Positions 28,101 to 41,814 of a stretch of 60,000 nucleotides of DNA are shown one piece after another. The first letter of the stretch is position 1; the number at the start of each line of letters is the position of its first letter. The DNA is taken from assembly GCA_051294905.1 (NCBI GenBank), contig CM119371.1:7814001-7874000 (forward strand), read 5' to 3'. The translations under genes and the position numbers were made by a program. This DNA comes from Botryllus schlosseri (taxonomy: Eukaryota). Under the pieces are notes generated by a model. That model was given only the letters and a program-made list of their open reading frames with translations. It was not told the origin of the DNA and did not search any database.

Positions 28101-31100
28101 GGAATCAGTGCGACACTAGCTTTCGATTAGGACCATACATATCAAATTTCGACGCTTGGATCGCCAGCTATGGGAATATCAATTCTGCTGCTTTTAGTTG
28201 GCTCAGCAGTTCGCTTCTCGGCGTATTCAATCGTGAGTCACGTGTTGCGAATCCATCCGTTGGTTAGTAATCTAAAAATTGTATACAATGGCAGCCGAGG
28301 CCAGCATAGCGGTAAAAATAAAAAAAAACTTCGCCCGCAAGGGCGCAGTCAAGGGCTTCCGCGAATGGATCCACCAAATTCCTTGTCGACATTTAAAGAG
28401 AATGCATTAGAAGTCAATTGTTTTATGTTTTGCTTGTCAGGTCTCAATAGCAATTTAATGTAATTGAAATTGTAATTGAGCAAATTTTTTGTCAAATTAC
28501 AATTACACAAAATAAAAATGCTTCAATTACAATTACATTACAATTACATTGAAAAATGTAATTAATGACATTGAATTACAATTACAAATTACAATTGATC
28601 CAACTCTGATCTACACCCGTACAGAGAAAGTAGTTTCATGTCCTTCTTTCGCTGGTTGGCAAACTTGGATTCAGTCTGTGGCGCATAAAATTGGCCAATT
28701 CTTTCATGCTATATAGTTTCACTTTCAGGATAGAAACACTCTGCGAGGCGTTCAAAATCCCTTCGCGAGCCGTATGTTTCCCGTCCCTGCCATAAAACGA
28801 CCACAATCATTTGTGGGATCCTAATTTGGTTCTGGTCGTAGCAAGCGTTCACGCGACGTGCTGACAACTCGATATTTCGAGTATCGCAGTATTGGGTGAT
28901 ATGGGTTCGATTACCCGCGGTGGTTAGTAATGAGTATTCTACCTTTTACGAGTACCCACATAGGTCTGCTTACCTGTAGCCTTCTACTGTACTACTTGCT
29001 CAAGTGGTTATATTTTACTCCACTTTACTTTTACTTTCACTTTTACTTGGAACATTTTTCGCTACTCCCATTGCTACTACTGGTGCTCCGACTGCCTAAA
29101 AAGTAAACGACCCACCAACCGTATATTCATTCGTTTTGGAGCCACCTACTTCACTACCTTGTTTGTCTACTTGAAGTAGTTTTACGGGTATTTGGAATGA
29201 GGTACATTTTGCAAATAAAATATCCTTTCGGCAATGTTGACTGACATGCATATAAATGAACATTCACTTTTTTTGCGCCGATAATGGCCACCGGTAAGTT
29301 TTCCAGTGTGGCTGCAGTCATTACGTAGAGTGATTCCCCGATTTCGCAGTCAGGTGAAACTTTTTCCTTTCAGAAAATATCTCGAATAATGCGATACGTG
29401 GATCAGTCACAACTGGCAACGATAGAAAAGACGTGCCTTGGACGTGGGAGGTAACAGGACTATTCCCGACGAAACGTAGGGGTACGAATAGCGCCACTGG
29501 TTCAATTTCTTGATACTATTCTTAACGCGTCACAAGTACGGGTTGACATAATGAACGATACCAGTAGGCATACTCTAATCTGGACCTAGTATCACGAGTC
29601 GAGTAGGGAGAGACCATCTTTTGAGTACTGAAATTATACGACTATTTTCTCGAAGAGTTTATTACAGTGTCCATACTTGGCCGACCACGGAAGCCGTTAA
29701 AACTAAACTAGCTCTATCACCTTCGTGGAAGTCCGTGGATATGACCCACAGCATTGTTACCAAGTGCAATTAAATACGTATAGTCGATAAAGTAGGCTAC
29801 CCAATAATATGTAATGTGATGTACCGGGAAAGGTAAATATTGAAGTATTCAATTCATTCTTGTCGGTGTGAAGTTACGAGTCGTACTCGAATACTTGATC
29901 CGAAGCATAAAACTCTGTTCGGATCCAAATAACTTGACCAGCCCTTGGAATCTTTGCATGACCGCACTTTGAGTCCACATTGGTCACTAGTAGTAGCATT
30001 GAAAAGAGTCTGAGCGAAAGTTCATTCCCACTGAAAAATCGTTGCGTCTGCAATAACCAGTCCTTGCAGAGTCCTACTCGCACATCGTTATCCTCTTCAT
30101 ACGATATCTCGCTTCTCTGTTTTTATACCATATCGTAAACCATAATTATATGCCCAAAATGTTGTGTAAAGAGGTTTAAAGATCATCCTAATATTCTATT
30201 AATGCGGGCCATAAAAGTAGTCCCAGGTGAATTTGGGTCCCATTAATATTCGCACTACCTAGGGTGAAAGAGTCTTTCCCCCTCCAATCATACCTGTAAT
30301 CCAACCGTAAATATAACCGTAAATCAACCTCTAATTTCGTATTGTTTCATCGAACCCCTCCTCGAAATCCGCCTCCTAGGTACGCCTACGTCGCGGTAAT
30401 CGGTTCCTCATCCTATCACATGCCTTCTGGTGTCTCTGCTTGCGACACGTTAAGCGTGTATTGCGATGCAAGTAAGCTTCCACGAATTCTACAAGCCTGA
30501 ATCATAAAAGCTGCGCATCTAATTTCCCGTGCCAAGAACTTGATACGCGGGCGCACGAGCTCTGGCTGCCATGAAATAGAGCTATCCCCATGTTAATGAA
30601 TGCTCTATCCTGTCAGAGAGACTGTCAGTTATATATGAGGATGATGTGGAAGATTCTGGATTCGCGGAGCTGCCTGGGGCATGCCAGGGGGATCTAGACG
30701 CAAGCAAACCTGGATCGTCGAGGAATACCGATGTCGTTGCGCCGGCCAGGGGCCGTAGTGAGTATAATATTCATAGCAATAAAGCTTATGGGGAAGGGGG
30801 GTATGTCTCTTCAGCCGAGAGACAAAATCATAGAGACTATACTCCGTAACGTATGTCGATCACTGATTCCTGATCAGTCTTCTAACACTCAAAATATGGT
30901 CGGTAACAGAGTGCTTCCTAACATTGTCAGGGTAGTCAAGTAGGTCTTCCTTTCTAATACTTGCATTACGCACTCTATAGTGGTTGTACAAGCCATTTGG
31001 GATACAGAACTTTAGAATAACTTCAGAATAACGCGAAACGTTGTTAATTTATTCGCTAAAAACCTACGACTGACTCTCATCACTAGCGAACATCAGTAAT

Positions 31101-34100
31101 CAGGTGAATCAAATTCGAGCTGTAGGAACTATTTTGTCTGTACGACGTACCAACTAATAACATAAAAACAAACAACTAGTAGACAGGCAAGATACGGTAG
31201 TAACTATACAAAACAAACGTTAACGAGTACATATTCGGTTATAAATATCCGGAGAAAACACAGAACACAAATGAAATATTACAAGAGTGTAGAGGCCGCG
31301 TGTCGTAATTATCTTGCCCGTCTACTAGTTGTGAATTTTTTGCTATAATTACGTCGTACGGACAAAATAGTTCCTGCATTTCGAATTTGATTCACCCTAT
31401 CACTGACGTTGGCTAGTGATGAGAGTCACTTGGAAAGCTTTTAGCGAATAAATTAACAATATCAAGTTAGTTGCTGTTTCGCGCTATTCTAGTGTTGTTT
31501 AGAATACTTCCACTTTATATGCAACAGTAACCAGAGGTGGTCAGTAACGAAGTGCTTCTACTTTTTAGAAGTACTCGTGTAGTTTTCCTCAACTTCTTGT
31601 ACTTCCTCAAGTAGGATTAATTTTCTCTACTTTTACTTCTACTTCGTAATATTATGTGATCTACTTACTTACTTTTCGCTATTTTCAGTTTGTCAAGTAT
31701 AAGCAGTTTAATCCTCAAGTACGAAAGATAGACTGCGGAATTTCGGGGCTGTTTTAACGGAGTCCCAACATTTATTATTAATGAAAGTCAAGTAAAGCCC
31801 AGAAATTTTGTTAGGCTTTGCGTCCAGTAGTTATCGAGTGACAAATATGTTTTCACGAAAGTATCAGTGACTCTAATTTAGGCACCGGATTGCTTGGTTC
31901 CGCTCACACCGCATTGTCGCTCATATCAAATATTCATCACAGTAAATATGGCCCACCATAACGTTTGAAACAACCATTTCGCAATCTAGCAATTACAATA
32001 TCATATCGTAATCTAGCAGCCCATGACGTGTCTTGCTAATCCGGAAAATTTGGCATTTTTGAACGTTATACCTGAAAGAAGACATGAAATTTATTTTCCG
32101 CATTTTAGAAGAGTTATTTGTATTTCACTTACGATTTCGAGTATCATATTTCGAGTTCTAATGACTTTCAGTTCTTCTGTCTGCAGAACATGCATGCTGA
32201 AGCATAAAAGAAAGTATAGTAATGCCACTATTTTCCGAAAATAATGCTACCTCTAATATAAATTTACCAATCCACAATATTTGTTATCAACGTATACTAA
32301 TAGCGCAAAGTGTTGAAACCGCATCCCATAAAACGTCTCCGTATTGCTCTTCGCCTAAACTTGGGGCAATATAATATGGGCCAGGGCGCCATGCCATGAT
32401 ATTATCTAAAACGGAGTCTTTTAGCAACAAAGGGGTAGTATAGCATTTTCATATCAATATAATTTTCATCCCATGATGCGAAAGAATGCTTATTCTGTCG
32501 AAAATTGATACCTCCTGGGATGCATCAATACGAATCAAGCTCTCCGTACTATCCGCATAGCTCAATTTGCTGCTTTTGACAGCTCATGCAAACGAATTAA
32601 GAGTAGTTTTCAATACTACTTACTTGAGTAGATTTAAAGTCAGTCAATTCTAGCTCTACTTCAAGTAGTTTCAGGTTGCTTATGGAAGAAGTACTTCTAC
32701 TCGTACTTGAGTAGATTTTTTGTCACTTCTTCTACTTCTACTTGAGTAGCTTTCTTGGCTACTTTGACCACCTCTGACGGTAACTTACAACACTTTCGAG
32801 TTGGAAAATAGAAAGTAATATTGTGATGAGTTCGCATCGCTTTTTATGAGAGAAACTGTCATTAAATCCGGGAGTAACAGATCGTGCATTTATTATTCGT
32901 TCACGCAGTGTCATTGGACATCAAGCGATACTTGTAAAAGATAGGCTGAGTTTCCAAAGTATCCACTAGGAATGGTGTGAACGTGTTCACGTTCGCGTTC
33001 TGCGTGTGCACATCGCAAATCTGGAGGTTCGCGTTCATAAACGAACCTTGGTAGGCTCTGCGCTGTTGACCTTTTTAATACATTACAATTTTCACTTCAT
33101 TGTAACATCTTTGGTTGAAATCCTTTGCATTTCAACTTCGAGCCACTCGGGGCGTGGTGTGGGCAGCATGAACAAATCGACAGTAAACGATTATACACCT
33201 TGCCACTCTCAAACATTTTACTTGATTGGTTGCAAAAAGTTAGCTCGAAATATCCAGCTTCCCGATTGTGAATATTCAGTGACTCACTGCTGTGAGCTTG
33301 ACCCGCAATCACATAACATCACGAGCGATACACGCTACATGAAGGTACTAGGTAACTAGGAGAATGATGCTTATCAAACCAATCAATGAAATCGAAGAAT
33401 AGGCCTGCATCGTGTCTAATGTGAAAGATCTATCAGGAGCAGCTGTTCCATATTGTTTTGATATGTGTATTGTATCATAAAAACCAAATTAGTGTTGGCT
33501 ACTGTACAACTTGTTGATAGGGTAACAAAGTATAGAAAGTATAGAAACTCGTTTTACACTCTGCTCAATATCAATGTAGTCAATAGTCACACGCAGATTA
33601 TTGTTCGGTCTGGCCGAGACCGTTAATGCGCGAGCTTGTAATCCCTTGCAAGTCAGCATGTACTTCAGCGTTGCGGCATAATGTAGCCCGAGTTGTCGCT
33701 AGCGTGTAAATGTTCATGTCCCTTTACTGAAATGTAGGACAGGAATTAGGTATACACGTCACGTGACGTCATATGTTAACATTCGCGTTCACACAGAACC
33801 TTTCAAAACGGTTCGCATTCGCACAAACCTGATCCTTTCAGAGGTTCAGACCATCGCTAGTATCCACCTCTGAATACTCCAAGTCCCGGCTCAACGCATA
33901 CGAGGCCGTGACCTAATCTAATTTCTGAAGTAGGCCTATTCACTTGGGTAGATTACCTGCATGACGTGTCTTAGAGATTGGTAGATACACATGTAATTGA
34001 GTAGAAAGAGACGGCGTTATTTCTACAACTTTAGCTAAAACACTGACTTAGCTATTACTTTGACCACGTGACTCTTATTCCCGGACCATTTTTGACTTTG

Positions 34101-34309
34101 GAGTGTCTGTCTTAGGTGGGGACAATGCTAGTCCTCATTCGACCGACACGGAAACGGAAGGCGGCTTGTGTGCATGCGTCAAGCCGGGATGTTTGTGTAT
34201 CGTGCTGGTGATGGCGATCGTCATCGTACTCGTGTACTATAAACATCAGAGCCCGAACGGCTGTCCTGATGAGATGAACGTGTCCAATCGCTCCGACGAA
34301 TGTGACTGA
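25177..34309 (+). CDS. Small membrane protein with C-terminal TM helix (3 exons)
   Basis: Exons 25177-25329 (TTGCAG..GTAAG), 30617-30757 (GTCAG..GTGAG) and 34116-34309 (CTTAG..TGA) join in frame through phase-1 introns. The last encodes CLCIVLVMAIVIVLVYY; AATAAA at 34396-34401. Confidence 0.6.
25785..26775. mobile_element. hAT-type MITE (GTGAAC/GTTCAC subterminal motifs)
   Basis: TIRs TAGGGATGGTGTGAAC / GTTCACACCATCCCTA, TSD CAGAATAT. Confidence 0.85.
27056..28608. mobile_element. hAT-type MITE with (ATTACA)n subterminal repeats
   Basis: TIRs CAGAGTTGGATCAATT / AATTGATCCAACTCTG, TSD ATCTACAC; contains a diverged long inverted repeat (about 27725-27935 vs 28067-28270). Confidence 0.85.
31030..31485. 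repeat. Imperfect foldback element
   Basis: TTAATTTATTCGCTAAAA..GACTCTCATCACTAGC..GTGAATCAAATTCGA is mirrored by TCGAATTTGATTCAC..GCTAGTGATGAGAGTC..TTTTAGCGAATAAATTAA. Confidence 0.7.
31532..32776. mobile_element. hAT-type MITE with TACTT subterminal repeats
   Basis: TIRs CAGAGGTGGTCA / TGACCACCTCTG, TSD ACAGTAAC/ACGGTAAC; fragments of the same family at about 4953, 5284-5726, 8649, 11150. Confidence 0.8.
32967..33859. mobile_element. Second copy of the 25785-26775 MITE family
   Basis: Similar TIRs and interior; exact TSD GTATCCAC. Confidence 0.8.
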
Positions 34310-35123
34310 TTGCATGATATCGGAATGACCGACGGGGCTGGGGAGGGGCAGTCTGCTGAATTCGTTCGGATGCGGGAAATTGTACCATGTTCTCCAATAA
34401 ACCTGTGCTGAGTATAATCGTGTGGGTTTACATAGAGAACTCAGATCGAGGTCTCAAACAGGGATGCGTTAACTCTCTAACCTTTAGGTAAAGATATATT
34501 TAGCACGTAGCAAACTGCACAGCAAATGTTATCTATGTTAATGTACCGGATAGCGAGGATTCAGTAGTGGCCGAACGGCCAGACTTGTCAACATGGTAAT
34601 GTGCTGTGAAAGCGGTATATTGTCCGACTTGTCTACGGACCGGAGGCAAATGTCGTAGTAGTAAGCAAAGGTCGACCAATATCGAATTTTGTAGGCCGAT
34701 ACCGATTACCCCACATTGCCTATCACCGATAAGATAAGCCAATATTATTATGACCGTAGCGAAAATTATTTCGTAGAATATTCTATATGAGGAAAGATAG
34801 CATTGTTCATATCACGAAGCTTAACTGAAGCTGGAGCGGAGCAACAAACAAGCAGAAGAGATTGTTGCTGCATGGTGCACAATCAGTAAAATTTCGGCTA
34901 ACTCAAAATGCAAAACGTGATAAAAGTATTGCAGATCAGTCTAGTACACTGGAAGGTTACAATACAAGAAGCAGCAGTTTCTCTTCACACTCGCCAATGC
35001 TGTAACTGTGCTAGTGTCAGCAAGGTGTTACAGTTACACAGTGCATCTACACCCAGTCGTTTTTTTTACACAAAATGTCGGCCGCTATACCGGCATTCAT
35101 AAGCCGATATCGATAATCTAGAC

Positions 35124-35994
35124 TAGGGGTGTCAAACTCAAATTGCGTCGCGGGCCGGATTCAAGCCTTCAAATCACTCGCGGGCCGGACCAGTCAACTG
35201 ATTCCAAAATGTTACCACGTGCTCTTGCTATTCACTTGAATACCATAAAATCATATATAGATGATACACAGATCATAGCGTTATCAAGTGATCAAGTAGC
35301 AACGCGTTTATCGGCCAACAATGGAATTGGCAAAAATACGACGATTGTTCGGTTAAATACAGTTAAGAACCGCTAAAACAGTGGCGTTAACGACGATATG
35401 TAAGTTGGCCTATTCTATGCTCCCTTTGATTTAGTCGTAATATGACGTTAGCCCTTCATGTGCGTTGTGAGGAGAACAATATATTTAATTGGAAACGATG
35501 ACGTTGGAATTCGGGTTATTAATATTAAGCCGAGAGTCTGGTTTCTCTCATGTCCGGGGATCTATTGGGCCAAAAGTGACACAGCAGTGTGACCATAGAT
35601 ATTTCAATTATATATTTGCGCAACTAAAATATTTTACAAGTAAACTGCATATAACGGTTCCGCATTGGCGTTTTCGCTTCTGTGCATTATTTCTTTTTGG
35701 TTCATATTTGTATCAAACTCTAAACTTAGTGTGCGCTTTTGGCCTTCTTTAAAATGAGATGTCAATTTCACCGACTTGTCACTAGTGGTAACTAGAGTGG
35801 TACAGCGCTATAGTCGGGTGGTTATAATAGGGCATATGAACATGTAAGTATTTCCTGCGAAAAATCTCAACACTTGTAACAAATATGCTGGAAAATATAG
35901 GAATTTTTCAATTTACTCAGAATTGCTTCGCCGGCAGGATGAAATCGTCTGGCGGGCCGGATGTGGCTCGCAGGCCGTATCTTTGACACCCCTG
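35124..35994. mobile_element. hAT-type MITE
   Basis: TIRs TAGGGGTGTCAAA / TTTGACACCCCTG, TSD ATCTAGAC. Confidence 0.85.
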
Positions 35995-36009
35995 ATCTAG
36001 ACTCTAGAT

Positions 36010-37944
36010 CATGGGTGGGCAAACTACGGCCCGCGGGCCGCCTGCGGCCCGCAACACCGTTTTGTGCGGCCCGCGAAAGCCTCAAGAAACGTAAAAATAT
36101 TGATAAAATTCGTAATAAAAATCAAAGTACTGTAGGTCCTTGATTAAACGATTTCTTATATCATCCAACATAATAAAGGCAATAAGTTATATCTTACCAT
36201 AGTATTTTTTTATTTCATTGACGGCTTGATCGCCCGACCTCGAGGCCCATGCATTTTGAAAGGTTTCAATTCCTATACATCACAGAAAGTGAAGCGTAAA
36301 TGACTTAATTCAGACCACGAATCTGATTTTAGATTGTCAACACGAGCAAACTTATTACTTTTAGTACTGTATACTTGGAAAAACCTATTCGCGAGTGTGT
36401 TAGATATATAAGTTCTTTATATGTGTAGAAGTATTTATTTTCATATTATTTATACATTGTAGAAGCATATTTAAAGGTAACATGGTTATGATACTATTAG
36501 CATTGTATGTCCTGGAGTTACACCAAAAGTACATCAGCAAATCTATGAACAGATCGCTGCTCACAGATTCAAATTTACATCCAGTGTTAGCGCGTGCGTA
36601 CGGCAAGATAAGACATGCTTCTCCGCCAATAGTAGCCACGCGATCGTTTTGCGTGTCGCGCATAAACAGCCAGCTCTAAGAATAGGGACAACCTAATTCC
36701 ATCCCTAATTTTGACAATGAAAATGACCAGCTTATAAATTCTCGTCAATGTTTCTGACGCGTGTAGGCAGAACTGTAACTGCAGCACCCCAAACCCCCAA
36801 TTGGGGGGGGGGGTAGGGCGTGCTCGAAGGAAGCCAAAAATTATTTCGTGAATTAACATAAATTATAGAGTATTTTTGGAATGCAACTTCTTTAAAAAAA
36901 ATTCGCGATTTAGGGTAGCCAAATATCTTGACTATTGGGTACCTGTCCCCGAACAAAATCCCATGATTTATAGAAATGGACATTTCGGAGTCGGCCATTT
37001 CCGCGCCACGATGCACCAAGACATGAAGTTTTAAGCCAAGTAACATGCGACTCCGAGAAGTGTGCCAGAACGATCGGAAAAACCTTGGCCGAAAAGGACT
37101 GCCCTTATGCTGACAGAAAACTTCGATATACGTACAATGTTCAATTGTTAATATAGGCGCATAAATGGCTGACACCTAATGTTCCTATCCTGGCAATATG
37201 AACCTCACAAGACAAATACCATCCTGCAAGAAAAATTAGGTGCCACTGAAGAAATATTCTATCAATTTGAAATCGTGTGCGTGTTTTAGTTTAGTACGTT
37301 TGAGCGATTTCAATATCTTTTGTCATAGCAGACAGGAAGTCACGAAATAACATCATGTAACGAAGCCATTATACCAATGGGTCCGCCCGAATATGTTTAA
37401 TTATTATTTACGGGCCCTACATTTTCCAACACACCTCACTCAGCTCTGTCGGTAAATCTGATTACGTGAGCTGAGAGATATAAAAATTGATAGCAATATA
37501 TATGCAATTTCCGATCATATAGGCCGATTTAATTATAAATTAAAGAAAATTTTCGCGCCCGACGCGGCTAGGCGACATAAGCTGAACCACTTAGCAGCCC
37601 AACGTTTCTCGCTGATAATGAGCGGTAAACACGTACATCGTGATGGGGGGTCTGGGGGTGACGCCCCATATAAGTTTGATTTATCACCCTATGCGGGGCC
37701 CAAGACCAACGTTTGGGGAGTGGGCGACGAAGTACTGTTTCGGTCCTGCGTGTACGTTACCATCAAATCCATGTTTGGTTTGCTTTAAACTTACAAATGC
37801 ATGTATATTATTTTCATGTCGTCGGTCACTATATACTCAAATAAGAGTATTTTGGCTTTATCATCTCAATTTTATTTAGTGCGGCCCGCGAATGCATTCA
37901 AATGTTGAATGCGGCCCGCGAGCTAAAAACTTTGCCCACCCCTG
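36010..37944. mobile_element. Non-autonomous hAT element, family of 923-2232, inverted
   Basis: TIRs CATGGGTGGGCAAA / TTTGCCCACCCCTG, TSD CTCTAGAT; termini match those of 923-2232. Confidence 0.85.
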
Positions 37945-40900
37945 CTCTAGATTCTAGAACACTGGTTCTCAACCTTTTTGACTTTGTGGACCCCTTTCGG
38001 ACCGTCACGGACCCCGGCGGACCCCCACGAAGTTTTAGCCCAATCCTCGTGCAATCGTCATCTGTCTTGTGAAAATGACAACTGTAGCGTTGGGGATAAA
38101 CAGCTACAAAATGACTTGTGACTTGTCTTGAACATAAAATCATACCATTCATGTAAAAATTGGGTTGACCTCTATTATTTCAAAGCAAATTCTGCATCTG
38201 TATTTCGTGCAATACGCGGTCGTCTCTTGAAAATCCGTGCCTTCGATTCGATATGAACAATGCCGAGAATCCATTTCCACAGGGGGTGGCGAATATAATA
38301 ATAACGCGTAACGTTTCCGACGACACATTTGGGTATGATCGCAACAAATATGGTATTACCAAAATTGACAAACAATTTTTTGTAATGGACATATGACGTC
38401 AAGCCTAGTCATTTCTATCTAGCAGCTTTTCCTGAAGTTATGAAGGAAAATGGTTATGTATATCACATGAGCAAATGGATTTTTGTAAACATTTCGAAGT
38501 CACCGTGATTGACCTCACTCAACCAACTTTTTCTCCACAATCCCCAACAAAACATCTGTATGCAGCAAAATGTTTGTATCAGTAGGCTATCGGCAAATTA
38601 GCAATAAAATGAGTCTGCACAGTCGGATATTTCATCTCAGACGGCCATTCTGTAGATGTGGCACATTGTGGCACAGCTCGAATTATCCACTATGCAATTA
38701 ACATGAAAGAAAGAAAGACAGATTTGCTAAATATCCTTCCCTTTTCAAGTTTTTAAAGCATGGACCCTCTAATATCCTGAAATGTATGAATCATTCAAAT
38801 ATGGCAGATATCCAATCCCGTATAATAAAAATGTAGATAAAAAAAATCCAAGTGTAGCTCTTTTGTATGAGTCAGCAACTAATGAAGAGATTGAACTTAC
38901 TAATTTTGTCTTTGCACACTATCCTGATTACAAGCACACGCACTCTTACTACTAATATACATTGTTCATAAATGGAATTTAGTTAAGTAGTCAAAGACCA
39001 TAGGCTATGTCTAGTCTACGTGTACTTAAACAAGTATTCAAGGATTGGGACTTGCAGTCTTTCTTAATCATTTGTTCGACCAAAACAGCTAAGCTACACT
39101 ACAAATATTTTTAGTTTTGTTAAGTGGGAAGCATCGTTTGGCATATTTAGCCTACATCATTTTTACAATTTTACAAAACCAGCCGATGCATTTGCTTTGT
39201 AACAGTATCATGGTATAATTCTAAAAATTGCATCAATTTTGACTGCATCACGAAAACGCATATTGCGATTTTCTTCCCCTGTGCAACTGAGTTGTAATTT
39301 GCAAGTAATGTCTAATTTTATCTATATCAGGAGTGGGCAACTTTTTCGGCCAAAGGGACACATGACATTTACGAACAATTGCGCGGGCAACTGGAATGTT
39401 GATAACCTTTTTTTAGTCGTCCGATAGGAGCGAACCGAATCAGGTAACATTGCAAACAAGACTTATATGAATACGGTCTAAAATGGATAACAATATGTCA
39501 TGCAACTGTGCAGTGCGCAATTAGGCCCTGGTTGCGCGAAGCGCGGAATTTTTTGCAAGAGAATGACTCAATTATATCAATAAATACGTTGCTAACATAC
39601 ATTGGGGGTCGCATCTGTATACCATTGGGCTCATTTGGCAAGGACAGGATTATTCGACGTTTAGACATAGCAAGATCGACTGTATCAGTGAACATGCCTC
39701 TATCATTTTGTGCAAATGTTTTGTCGACGAGCTCGCTGCGAGTGCACAAGCGAAGCCGCATGTTGGACGAAACGTTATCTCCTAATTGCGAATATAGTTA
39801 TACTCAGTTCTGTGAATAATATGTATTTATAATTTTCAGAAGGGGGCTCAAATACTGAATGCAAGAAATCTAGTGACAATGAATCATGCGAAGTACCGAG
39901 AAAATTTCAAGTCAAATAAATCTGCTATGAAATATTCTACTTTATGGTCATATACGAAGATCTGGGATAAATGTGGCTGGCCCCTGGATACGTCAATGCG
40001 TCAGAACTGTTGTTTTAGTCATCATCAAATTTCGCGGTCATGCTAATCAAATTTTGGTTCGCCTCGCAATTGTACCTGATGTCATAAATAATTTCGAGAA
40101 TTACCTCGCAGGCCACACCTAACATTCTCGTGTGCTAAATTTGGCATGTGTGCCACGGGCTGGCCGCACCTGATCTGTATGGATATCAATAACGGTGATT
40201 GGTGGTACATAAAAATTCTATTGAAAATTCTTTGAAAGCAAATGTTTTCATGATTGAGAAGTTGGAGTCGGAGTCGAAGTCAGGGTCATTCTCACAAACT
40301 CCGACTCAGACTCCAGTCAGTATTTTTCCCACGACTCCGACTCCAGCTATTATAGTTTTCACGACTCCGACTCCATCAAGCGAAAATTACCCAGACTCCG
40401 ACTCAGACTCCACAGCCCTGGTCATATCCAACATAAAAGCACTACTTTTAATATTTTGTGTTTACTCTATAAAACGTTTCAAAAATCACAAGCAGCCGAA
40501 ACTAAATTAATTGTCTCCGAATAAACATTTGCATTGCTTTATTTGGTTAATTTAAGCTCATATTGCTTCTGTAGGATAAATAAAATGCGAGTGTCATAGT
40601 CCAAACTTATGCTGGTAACTTATAATTATGTGGGTTGTCTCGTTTGGTACTGGACCAATAGTAAGCTAACATATATAAGCACCAATCTACTCTGGTATAT
40701 TTCTTCAAAAATCTTCAGATATTGTGGGACACTTTCTTTTTGCCCATCGCTGACTATGCCAAGGTTTTCCAGGAAATTATTTCGATATTTTAGCGTTTTT
40801 TAAGTCTTCTGTCTTCGGTATTCCAACATAAACATACGAAAGTTGCACATGTGTATCAGGATTACATGTGCATTGTGCATTCTTATTGTCTGACCACTCA

Positions 40901-41489
40901 GAAACACAATATTTCAAAGCTGGCAGATACGATTCAATCGTGCTTGTGATATTGCAACCATTCAACGTTTCTGTATTATTCACTGAGTGTGCTATTGTTA
41001 CTGCACCCAAGACATTGCAGGATGCCACGCTTTAGGATCCTTTTTGAGCTACCAATAGATATTTGTCATTCACTTGAGTTGTAAATTAGGATTCCTAACT
41101 CATCCAGCAAGCCATGGTAACAGTATCATGCCAATGCCAGTATCACGGCAATGCACAAAGCTATCGAAAGTACCATATGATGAAAACGTCATTTCTCCTG
41201 ATCGAAAGTGAGATATCTTCTCTCTCTTGCCAAATAATCTTTTCTCAATTCGCAAGGATGCTAAAAATTCCGAATATGTCTATGTCCATTCCAAGTCCCG
41301 AAGCCGATGTAAGATCATTTAACTTGTGTTGACTACTCTACGTTCTGAAGCATCTTCGATTTCAAAATCTTCATCATGAGGCCTGCTATCCCTAAGATCT
41401 TCATCTTGATCCAAATTATCGAGATAAAGGGAGTTTCAAGTGACACTGAATGAGCTGAATGGGATATTGGATCTATAGCTGATAGTGTA

Positions 41490-41700
41490 CACTGTAAAAA
41501 ATGAACATGGATATTATCATGGAAATGACATGACTTTCTTTTTCTCATGTTAATTCCATGAAAACACCGACATGGTTTTAAAATCTCATGTTGACATGAT
41601 AAAAACTTCCATGATGGGACATGATAAGGGACCTATGTCTATGCCCAGCAAACACATTACGGCAAGCGGATATCCGTCGGATAACTTGTCATTTGGCCCA
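41490..41700 (+). mobile_element. CACTA/EnSpm-like left terminus (possibly two nested termini)
   Basis: TA followed by CACTGTAAAAAA and about 9 spaced CATG motifs; then CCCAGCAAACAC at 41644. No partner right ends found in the window. Confidence 0.45.
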
Positions 41701-41814
41701 GATTCATCCTAGAGCCATCCGGTTGAACCGAGCGTGTCGACTCCTGGTGTTATCCAATGGGTGACCACTGACCGTCCATCAAGTCAATTCTGAGTCACTT
41801 CCTGGCCACTGTAG

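Larger units (their letters stand above)
25703..28789. mobile_element. hAT-type MITE hosting nested elements
   Basis: Ends CAGGG..CCCTG with exact TSD CCATAAAA (25695-25702, 28790-28797). Confidence 0.75.

Noticed and set aside
33992..34432. Solo LTR (TGTAA..TTACA with AATAAA)
   Set aside because: No target-site duplication; the segment is better explained as a terminal TM-coding exon with its polyA signal.
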